Assembly: GCA_020049855.1 (NCBI GenBank)
Contig: JAGVLJ010000044.1
Location: 5,900 to 69,899 of the forward strand
Direction of reading: 5' to 3'
DNA length: 64,000 bases
Origin: Bacteroidia bacterium
GTDB taxonomy: Bacteria; Bacteroidota; Bacteroidia; UKL13-3
Position numbers and translations under genes: made by a program
Part shown: positions 48,003-56,012 of the stretch, piece by piece
Position numbering within the stretch: the stretch's first letter is position 1
How the letters are laid out: every line of letters begins with the position of its first letter
The notes under the pieces: generated by a model
Seen by the model: only the letters and a program-made list of their open reading frames with translations
Told to the model about the DNA's origin: nothing
The model's database searches: none

Positions 48003-48021
48003 TTAATGAGACTGATTTCTT

Positions 48022-48060
48022 AACGGGGCTTGTGTGCAACACAAGCCCCGTTTGGTTTTA
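48022..48060 (+). terminator. Rho-independent terminator
   Basis: AACGGGGCTTGTG-tgcaa-CACAAGCCCCGTT followed by TGGTTTT: a 12-bp perfect stem. Confidence 0.65.
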
Positions 48061-48157
48061 TCGAATTGGTTATGCAGGTTGTTTAGCAGCTAAACTGTTC
48101 CAGTTATATTTATCTTAGCGGTATATTTCAACGAGTAAAAGTAACTTAAAGGTAGCC

Positions 48158-48889
48158 ATGCAGTATTCTTTTTTTTTATTTTGTTTGTCAGTCTTTTTAT
48201 TCTCGTGCAATAGAGAAAGAGCTCTTGTTACCGAAAATAAAATACCCTACCTGTATGATAGCGTGAATGTGTGCGATGTGTATCCATTTCCGGGCGACAC
48301 CTGTTTTGTGTTGATTCACGGAGGAGCATGGGAGGGAGGCGACAAAAGTAATTTTTACCGTTCGGCTGACGTATTTGCCACCTATCACCGGGCAGCCTGC
48401 AATATGAACTATACCGTAAAGAAAAAATACTGTGGCGACCTCAATCAGACGGAAGTTAAAAGTTGTCTTGATTTTTTAAGCGGTCAGTTCCGGTATAAAA
48501 AATTTGTGTTGGTTGGTATATCGGCCGGAAGTACCATTGCAATGGATTATGCCTACCACACCGGAGATTTGCGAGTGATAGGAGTTGTTTGTTTGGGAAC
48601 TATTGGAGATTTGACTAAAAATGCCAATTCAAAAGTTTTATTCAATGCAGGCTATGCGTATAAAGATGTGGTAGCCTCCAGCCCCATCAATGCCACTACA
48701 TTTTGCAAAACATTATTTGTACACGGCAATACCGATGATATTTCTTTTCCGGTTCAGTCGGTAGATATGAATACTAAACTCACCGCTTCCGGCTATGAGT
48801 CAATGATTATTTTTAAGAATAGAGGGCATTGGTTTGACGAAGAAAGTTTGAAGGAAGTGTTTACGTTCTCGGTGTTTTATTTTCAATAA
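48158..48889 (+). CDS. alpha/beta hydrolase (esterase/lipase-like) lipoprotein
   Basis: 243 aa; lipoprotein signal (LFSCN), oxyanion HGGAW and nucleophile elbow GISAGS. Confidence 0.65.
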   Translation: MQYSFFLFCLSVFLFSCNRERALVTENKIPYLYDSVNVCDVYPFPGDTCFVLIHGGAWEGGDKSNFYRSADVFATYHRAACNMNYTVKKKYCGDLNQTEVKSCLDFLSGQFRYKKFVLVGISAGSTIAMDYAYHTGDLRVIGVVCLGTIGDLTKNANSKVLFNAGYAYKDVVASSPINATTFCKTLFVHGNTDDISFPVQSVDMNTKLTASGYESMIIFKNRGHWFDEESLKEVFTFSVFYFQ

Positions 48890-48907
48890 TGCACCGATGG
48901 CTTTTTA

Positions 48908-49618
48908 TTAAAATAACCGCGAAATTAAGAACGTAGCATCATAGTTAAAGCATACCGAGGCAAAGAACATGGTATCGGCAAAACCGTGGGAAAGAATAAG
49001 TAACAACAAATTTTTATCGCTGCGAAGGTAAAGTAATCCAAACAACACACCGGCAACAAAAGTAGTTACTACCCCATTAGTTCCCTGATAAAAATGAATA
49101 AGCGAAAACAGCAGGGAGGAGATTAGGATAGGCAGGTATTTATTACCGCTTAGCTGAATAAATCGGTCTAACAAGAATCCCCTGAAAATAATTTCTTCCC
49201 CAATAGCAGCTGTAAGCCACATGCCCGCTGTTGCCTTTAAGGTTAGCGGAATATTATGCCTGAGTACATTAAATTTTACGTAGTTAGTCATAACTCCGGT
49301 TAAGTGATTCAGCACCGGATTTAAAATTAAACTCAGAATGACCCACAGCACCAATCCGGCTAACAGCCCGTTAAAAAAAGTATGACTAAGATAATCGAAT
49401 TTGAGAATCTGTTTTCTTTTAACGAGTTGATTTTTGAAAACAAAATACGAGCAGAAAACAATATGGGTAATAAACAGCCATAAAGACAGGGATGCTGCTG
49501 AATGGGTAATAACCGGAAGCAATACCAGCGAGAGCGAAACGGCAACAGGCCAGCTACCTAGCAAATTTTTTAATGAAATGGGGAAAGACGTACTTACCGT
49601 GTTATTAGTTCCAAACAT
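48908..49618 (-). CDS. CPBP family intramembrane glutamic endopeptidase (CAAX protease-like)
   Basis: 236 aa; EEIIFRG and FSLIHF motifs in a polytopic membrane protein. Confidence 0.75.
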   Translation of the reverse strand: MFGTNNTVSTSFPISLKNLLGSWPVAVSLSLVLLPVITHSAASLSLWLFITHIVFCSYFVFKNQLVKRKQILKFDYLSHTFFNGLLAGLVLWVILSLILNPVLNHLTGVMTNYVKFNVLRHNIPLTLKATAGMWLTAAIGEEIIFRGFLLDRFIQLSGNKYLPILISSLLFSLIHFYQGTNGVVTTFVAGVLFGLLYLRSDKNLLLLILSHGFADTMFFASVCFNYDATFLISRLF

Positions 49619-49684
49619 GGAGTTACAAAGGGCAATTAAAATATGGCAGGCAGCAGGAAGAAATAGTTTTATTAAATGGAATAC

Positions 49685-50929
49685 TTAACTGGCAAAACCC
49701 CTCATACCATTGGCCGGGGCAATTGAAGCTTGGATGGCTACAAAACTTTCGGCCGACTGAATTTCCTCATCACCCTGCCCTTTTGAGGCCTGATGAATGT
49801 CTTTAAGGAAAGGAGGCATAAATCCATTCAGTTCTTCATTGCCGCCTGCCGCTTTAATGCTTACCGAATAACGCAACGAGCTTCCATTGCCTATGGTACG
49901 TACCATATTCATCTTAAGCAGGTCGTTAAAATCACGTTGAATGGTTTTACGGTTACATCCGAATTCTTCAGTAAGTTCCTTGGTACTCACAAATCCTTTA
50001 TGATGGATTATATACATGATGAGTTCCTGTCGCTTATTCAATAGCCCATGACTATACAGTTTGAGCTTATAGCCATGCTCAAATACATAGTTCATTATAT
50101 TACGTTGCCGCGGATTGGCATCATCGTATTCTACCTGCTTGCGAAAGTATTGGCGTAATACTTGTTTTACCCGTAGCAGGTTATTATAAAAAACTTCATT
50201 GCCAAAGTCTATTTTGTTTTTGAGGTTTTCCTTGGTAAATTCTTCCTGCTCCCGCAATTCAAAATAGCGTGAACGGTTTAAAAACAACTCATGCTCCAGC
50301 GTAAGTAATCCATCCATATTGAGGTTGTGTTTGGCAAGCCAAAAATTTTGCATCAAACGCGCTAGTATGGGAGCATCGCTGCCAAATGGTTTTATTCTAA
50401 GAATTTCAAAATGAAGAATCCAGGAAGCGGCAATGGGATCAAGCTCATTCTCATTTTGCACCATATCAAAAACCTCGGCAAGTTGAGCTTCTTCCATTTG
50501 AGTAAGTGATTCCGGAAGTTTGTGGTATTGTATGGTAAATAAATCAAAATCTTCAGTAGAGCGATTTACCGTACTGCTTATGAGTTTTTGCAACTCAACA
50601 AGTAATTCTACCTTAAGGGGGGCTTCACGTTTGTGAAATAGGTATTCTTCCGCTTCCCGGTAAATGTACAATGTTTTTTCATTAAACCCTTTGGCTTGCG
50701 CTTTTTTGCTTAGGATGTTTTTAAGTGTTTCTAAATCGGTAATGGAGCGTTCAAGCGCGTTGGCGTAATAAGAGCGGGAAGCTGATGCATTAAATTGCTC
50801 AATGCGTACTACCTTATCGGGCAATTCCAGAAAGCGAAAGATATTGCCCAACTCGAAATAAAATTCGTGCAGTTTGGTTTCTGAATTAAGTAAAGCTACG
50901 GGAATGCCCAGCTTTTCTTCTAAAAGCAT
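49685..50929 (-). CDS. Fic/DOC-like protein with degenerate active-site motif and C-terminal HTH
   Basis: 414 aa; LRIKPFGSDAPILARL aligns with the Fic motif HPFxDGNGRxxR, but His and DGNGR are replaced. The C-terminus is a DeoR/wHTH-like segment (STKELTEEFGCNRKTIQRDFNDL). Confidence 0.4.
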   Translation of the reverse strand: MLLEEKLGIPVALLNSETKLHEFYFELGNIFRFLELPDKVVRIEQFNASASRSYYANALERSITDLETLKNILSKKAQAKGFNEKTLYIYREAEEYLFHKREAPLKVELLVELQKLISSTVNRSTEDFDLFTIQYHKLPESLTQMEEAQLAEVFDMVQNENELDPIAASWILHFEILRIKPFGSDAPILARLMQNFWLAKHNLNMDGLLTLEHELFLNRSRYFELREQEEFTKENLKNKIDFGNEVFYNNLLRVKQVLRQYFRKQVEYDDANPRQRNIMNYVFEHGYKLKLYSHGLLNKRQELIMYIIHHKGFVSTKELTEEFGCNRKTIQRDFNDLLKMNMVRTIGNGSSLRYSVSIKAAGGNEELNGFMPPFLKDIHQASKGQGDEEIQSAESFVAIQASIAPANGMRGFAS

Positions 50930-51125
50930 AGTTCAAATCTACTTTGTTTTACATCCCTATGAAAATGGGCATCAGTGTGCCCCCTTTGGTTTATTCACAA
51001 TATGAGGCATAAAGCCGATAGGAACAATTCCTGAATAACAGTTTTGGCTTAGGAGAGAGCCAGTCAAAAAAAATGGACAAAGGCGCGATTATGTGGAATT
51101 TTGAAAAAGAGAGTGAATGATTGTT

Positions 51126-52124
51126 TTAACCCAAATCTGCCAACCAAGCCTCAAGCAAAGGTATTTCCTGTTCGCCCACCAATTTTAAATCAATAAGTGT
51201 CCGGTAGCAATGCAGCAGGTTTTCGCCTAGGTAGTGAATACCCGACTTCAGGGTTAGTTTTCCCAGTGTTTCGGCAATTTTGGCATTGTTAAGGTAACCC
51301 GGAATCTCGTCTTCAAAATCACGTAGCAGGTTATGCTGGTTGCGCTCCTGCCACACCGTAGCTTCTTCAAATAAAATATGCCAGTTGTTCTCCCAAGCTA
51401 TGCGCTGAGCCACAAAACTGCGCCAGATATCCGTCATTCTGAAACTGCAATAAGCCGGCAGGTAAAGCAGCGGAAAGGCTTCCTTAAAATGGGTAGTATT
51501 TTGACTGTTGTACGGACACCAGGTATTTTTACCCAGACCTATTTTGTGTTTTTCTGTAAATGAAAACGGAAGGCTTTGTGTTAACCTGAATACGGCATCA
51601 ATGTCCGGATTTTCGTCAGCAAGCCCCTGTTGTATGGGAGCTTTAATTTCGCGTTGTTCAAATAAACTCAGTGGCTTTAGTTCTTTGTGCAAATACTCAA
51701 GTGGGTATCCACGTGGCCATATATATCCATTGGTAAAATACGAATACACATTGAGCCAGCCTTGTTGCTGAATATCAAAAGCAGGTTGAGTGAGGGAGCG
51801 GTTGTCCCAAAAATTTTCTCTCGGAAAATTGTCATCATCACTCTCAATAATCATTTGAGCCCCATTTTTTACAGCTAACAGGTATCCTATATTTTTTCGG
51901 GCATAATGCCGTTCGGGGCAAATTTTTGCAAAGGCAAACGGAAGCGTTTTTTGCTCTTCCAGCGAATAAAACCGACAGCCGTTTAATGAAAAATCTTTTG
52001 GAGATTTAGAGTCACCAATAAGAATAAATTCAGTTTTATTTTTGGCGCATCCTTCGGCAAAAGAACGCAGCACTTCATTGGGCGCGGATATGGAAGTTAT
52101 GACTAAAGCAGTATGGGTATTCAT
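51126..52124 (-). CDS. DUF288/STELLO-like putative glycosyltransferase-like protein
   Basis: 332 aa; ...LIGDSKSP..., RKNIGYLLAVKNGAQMIIESDDDNFP resemble DUF288 (GT75-related). 8-bp gap to the DPM1-like GT2. Confidence 0.35.
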   Translation of the reverse strand: MNTHTALVITSISAPNEVLRSFAEGCAKNKTEFILIGDSKSPKDFSLNGCRFYSLEEQKTLPFAFAKICPERHYARKNIGYLLAVKNGAQMIIESDDDNFPRENFWDNRSLTQPAFDIQQQGWLNVYSYFTNGYIWPRGYPLEYLHKELKPLSLFEQREIKAPIQQGLADENPDIDAVFRLTQSLPFSFTEKHKIGLGKNTWCPYNSQNTTHFKEAFPLLYLPAYCSFRMTDIWRSFVAQRIAWENNWHILFEEATVWQERNQHNLLRDFEDEIPGYLNNAKIAETLGKLTLKSGIHYLGENLLHCYRTLIDLKLVGEQEIPLLEAWLADLG

Positions 52125-52132
52125 GAAAAGAG

Positions 52133-52867
52133 TTAGAGTGATTTGGAGTTAAAGGTAAAACGCAATAATACATAATGAAGCAATACCTCAATGGAATTGC
52201 GTATGGCCCGTTGCGACACACTTGGGGAAGGTGCTTTATAGTGAATGGGAATTTCGGCAAAGCGTTTTTTACGCAGCAGGTAACGTACTTCGGTTTGGTA
52301 GAAATGCGCTTTTGACAGCAGCTGGTAGTCGAGTAGTTCCTTAACCACCGAAGCATGAAATCCCTGAAATCCAGAGGTCATATCATACATCCGTGTTCCC
52401 AGTAATACATTGGATAGGATAGTTCCGGTTTTTGATAACATTCTTCGAAAAAAAGGTGAGTCTGACATAGAGCCTCCATTTATAAAACGGCTGCCAAAAG
52501 CGCACTCATTTCCTTCATTCAGTACCCGTAAAAACATGGGCAATGCCCGCGGGTCGTGCGATAGTCCGGCATCCATTTCAATAATAAAGTCGTGGCCATT
52601 GGCATACGCTTCTTTGTACCCGCGCACATAGGCATCAACAACATTTTTGTTCTCAGGTGCCCAAATGGTACAGAAGCGGTTGTCGGAGGTGCTTTGCTGT
52701 TGGCACAACTCAAGAGTTTGGTCAATAGATGCATTATCTACGACTAAATAAATTTTACCGCTTCCCAGACTATTTAATACCTTAGTAACCTCGCCAATAA
52801 AATCAGCGAAATCTTTTTCTTCATTTGCCATGGGTATAATAGCGGCCCAGTTCGAGTCGAAATACAT
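52133..52867 (-). CDS. GT2 polyprenyl-phosphate glycosyltransferase (dolichyl-phosphate mannose synthase / ArnC-like)
   Basis: 244 aa; IIPMANEE, VVDNASID, EMDAGLSHDP (DxD-like): the DPM1/Ppm1 catalytic domain pattern. Confidence 0.75.
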   Translation of the reverse strand: MYFDSNWAAIIPMANEEKDFADFIGEVTKVLNSLGSGKIYLVVDNASIDQTLELCQQQSTSDNRFCTIWAPENKNVVDAYVRGYKEAYANGHDFIIEMDAGLSHDPRALPMFLRVLNEGNECAFGSRFINGGSMSDSPFFRRMLSKTGTILSNVLLGTRMYDMTSGFQGFHASVVKELLDYQLLSKAHFYQTEVRYLLRKKRFAEIPIHYKAPSPSVSQRAIRNSIEVLLHYVLLRFTFNSKSL

Positions 52868-52916
52868 CTTAGTGGTTTAAGGTAATAGGTTCAAAGATAA
52901 AATAAGCATTCGTATT

Positions 52917-55898
52917 TCAATGAACTCCCGCGCTTCTAAGTTTCTCGATCATTTGCGTGCAGGCGTGTGCCATCTCCTGATTGCCCATTCTGGTATAGGC
53001 ATCCCGCATTATCTCGTAAGCCTGAGGCATTTCCTGTCGTAAGTTAACGGCATTTGTTTCAGACTCTACACATTTGGCATAATTTCCGGTTAAAAAATAG
53101 GCCTGCCCCAGAGCCATATAAATTTCAGGAAGTTTTCCATTTTGCTTAATGCAATTTTCATATTCTGGAATAGCTTCTGCGTATTTCTGCATATTCATAT
53201 ACGAAGTAGCAGCGTGGTAGTAGGCCATAGCATAGTTAATTTTTAAACCATATGATTTATGAAACAATTTAATGGCGGCAGCATAATTTTTTTTGTTAAA
53301 TTCTATTAATCCTAATAGGTCATAAACTTCATAATTTTCCGGAATAAGTTCAAGTGCTTTTTTCAGATGTGCGCGGGCATTTGTTTCATCCAGCATATTT
53401 ACATAAACACCTCCCAGCACCCTGTGCGCTTCTTCGTTGTTGGGGTTCCATGCTATGGCTTTTTTAAGGTTTACAATGGCTGAGTCAAAACTGCGTGCAT
53501 AAAGTTGCGGATACGCATCGGCTATGTAATGATCGTGGCTCTTTAAGATGGCTGCCAGCGGCACACCGTCTGCTTCAATTACATGTATGGCTTCTTTAGG
53601 TGGAAATTGCCCTGATGCCAATTGATGTGGAGTAAGAGTGCGGGTAGTATAAATAGCATAATCCCATTTGCCTTTATACCATTCCATATCACGAGTCCAC
53701 TGCCATTGAATGCTGTCGGTTACTTTTTGTGAATAATATGAGGCATTGAGTGGTTCGTTATTAATGGCTACCACTATGGCTTTATTGTAGTTCAACGGTT
53801 CATTTTTCAGTAACCATTCGGTAGCTTGTTTCACCACATTACCATAATAGTCGGTTTCATATTTTCCGTAGGCTCCTCTTAGTCCGCCCACAAATTGATT
53901 GAAATACACATATTCATTGGGGTGATTGCGTATCATCCATCCCAAGGGTTCGGCTAAACCGACAAGCGGCACTACTACCAGCAATAGTTGAACGGGTTTT
54001 ATTTTTACTGCCGAGGCAATGATGTCCCATCCGCAGGCTGCAATAGCTACCAGCGGTGGATAGATAAATAAAAAGTGGCGCCAGCCATTGTACAACATGG
54101 AATTTTTGTACGAGGCATAAAACACCGGAAACACAATAACAAATACCAGTAAACCTACTATCGGCCATCTGAATTTTTTGCGTGCAAACACAATCAGGAG
54201 TAATCCGAGTGCCGCACCGACAAGAGCCACTACAGGTACTGTAATGCCTATGTATTTTACGGTATAATACCATGGAACCTGAGCCATATTGATATGTACT
54301 CCTTCAAAATTTTCATAGGAGGTAATGAGCGAGAAATTGGTAAATTCTTTTAGTGCTTTAATTGGGTTGGTAAAAGGTTTGGTGATACCAAATGGCCAGA
54401 AAAGTATTCCAAGAAAGTAGCTGAATCCGGCAACAGTAAAAAAGTATTTCAGGTATTTTGGAATTAATGATAAAGCGGTTTTGTTATTTTGCCGGAGATG
54501 ACCAAGCCATTCAAAACCCATAAACAGAGCTGTAAAAGCAAGAAGTATAATGCCGCCTATGCGCATGCTGTTGGTAAGAGCAATGCCTAGAATTAAAAAT
54601 AATAGGGTTGAGGTGCGGGGGTTAGGCAATTGTTTTAAAAAACGAATCAGGTGATAAAGGCTGAAAATGTATCCGGCTGCAAACGGTATATCTTTGGGGT
54701 TATTCATGGATTGTCCGAAGAACTGCGGAGTAATCAGAATAAGTAGCAATGCAAAAAATGCTGTGCGCCAGTTGCCCAGTTCACGTGCGGTGAGTGCGGC
54801 ATAGGTCATGGCCATTAAACCAAAAAGAGAATTAAGTAAATGCCTTGTCTCAAATTCTCCAAAAGGAGATAATACGTCATTTACAAAGGCTGCCAGTAAA
54901 TCAAAAAAACTTCCGTAATAAAGCAGGTGACTGTACAATGCTTTGTTGGTATCAAATACCGCTTTGTCTTCGCCAAACGAGAAGAAAAATTTAAGCATAT
55001 CCTTGCCATATTCATTTTGTGCTTTTTCGTCCCAGGTTACTCCAAAATCAAAACTCAGGTATGGCATGGCAATCAATGCCACGGCAAAAATCAGAAAAAA
55101 ACCAAGCCGATATACCGGGTGTTTGGCATCGCCAAGTGAGAAAGGAGTGGTTTTAAATTCGCTTACAGGTTTAGTTACATGCCAGTACCAGCGCAACGAG
55201 AAAACAAGGGACAGCGAACTCCACACTTCACCCATCCATTGGTAGGCGCGGTACGGATTGGTTTTTAAGGCCACTACGGCAGGCTCAATGGTAACTTCAT
55301 TTAACTTAATTTTTCCAAGCAATTCGGTAAACAGGTTTAATCCGTTACCCGATAAATCGCCAAACAGGTTTTTGGCCTTTTCTGTTTTTAGTACAAGTGC
55401 TTTTGCCGATAAATCTTTTATTCCTGATCCAATACTTGTTTCATTTATAAAATTACTTTTCCATTTAAGCAATTTCTGTAAAAAGCTAAGGTTATGGTTG
55501 TCATTGGCCGGAACAAACCACACGGCATTGCTTTCTATTTTTGTGTGATTGCTGTTAAACCAGTTAAGCGCATTCGTTACAGCGCAGGCCTGATGCGGGT
55601 GATAAATATACACCCATTCTCCATCAATGCTTTCCTTACATTGCCCCAGTGCTTTACCCCCATGTGCGGAAGTACTTACTACCTTGATTTTCCCTTTGGC
55701 AAGTGCCTCGGCCACCGATTTTGTTTTGGAAGATTGGGCCCATACCTCTTTTTTTATTTCTGGTAAACACACTAGCAATTCCACTGAGGTTTTTGATTTG
55801 AGCACCAGTCCTGCAAGTAAATCAATTGATGAATGGAATTCTTTATCACCACTTATGGGGGGTAAAACAAAACTTAACAAGCAACTATATGATGTCAT
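52917..55898 (-). CDS. GT-C fold membrane glycosyltransferase (PMT/ArnT-like, PMT_2/DUF2723-type) with N-terminal soluble domain and C-terminal TPR repeats
   Basis: Multi-TM core with a loop-1 WDE...YG motif, followed by about 330 aa of TPR-like repeats. The ORF track extends to 56075, which would overlap the divergent CotH gene, so the start is placed at Met-50 (55898); it is uncertain. Confidence 0.5.
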   Translation of the reverse strand: MTSYSCLLSFVLPPISGDKEFHSSIDLLAGLVLKSKTSVELLVCLPEIKKEVWAQSSKTKSVAEALAKGKIKVVSTSAHGGKALGQCKESIDGEWVYIYHPHQACAVTNALNWFNSNHTKIESNAVWFVPANDNHNLSFLQKLLKWKSNFINETSIGSGIKDLSAKALVLKTEKAKNLFGDLSGNGLNLFTELLGKIKLNEVTIEPAVVALKTNPYRAYQWMGEVWSSLSLVFSLRWYWHVTKPVSEFKTTPFSLGDAKHPVYRLGFFLIFAVALIAMPYLSFDFGVTWDEKAQNEYGKDMLKFFFSFGEDKAVFDTNKALYSHLLYYGSFFDLLAAFVNDVLSPFGEFETRHLLNSLFGLMAMTYAALTARELGNWRTAFFALLLILITPQFFGQSMNNPKDIPFAAGYIFSLYHLIRFLKQLPNPRTSTLLFLILGIALTNSMRIGGIILLAFTALFMGFEWLGHLRQNNKTALSLIPKYLKYFFTVAGFSYFLGILFWPFGITKPFTNPIKALKEFTNFSLITSYENFEGVHINMAQVPWYYTVKYIGITVPVVALVGAALGLLLIVFARKKFRWPIVGLLVFVIVFPVFYASYKNSMLYNGWRHFLFIYPPLVAIAACGWDIIASAVKIKPVQLLLVVVPLVGLAEPLGWMIRNHPNEYVYFNQFVGGLRGAYGKYETDYYGNVVKQATEWLLKNEPLNYNKAIVVAINNEPLNASYYSQKVTDSIQWQWTRDMEWYKGKWDYAIYTTRTLTPHQLASGQFPPKEAIHVIEADGVPLAAILKSHDHYIADAYPQLYARSFDSAIVNLKKAIAWNPNNEEAHRVLGGVYVNMLDETNARAHLKKALELIPENYEVYDLLGLIEFNKKNYAAAIKLFHKSYGLKINYAMAYYHAATSYMNMQKYAEAIPEYENCIKQNGKLPEIYMALGQAYFLTGNYAKCVESETNAVNLRQEMPQAYEIMRDAYTRMGNQEMAHACTQMIEKLRSAGVH

Positions 55899-56012
55899 AT
55901 ATATTTTTAATAATTCAAAAGCACCCAAAAATAGCCAATAAATTGAACTGAAATAGCTCTCTGCATTTTTTTTTCTAATAGGTTTGGTATAACTTGCCTG
56001 CACGAACCCAAA

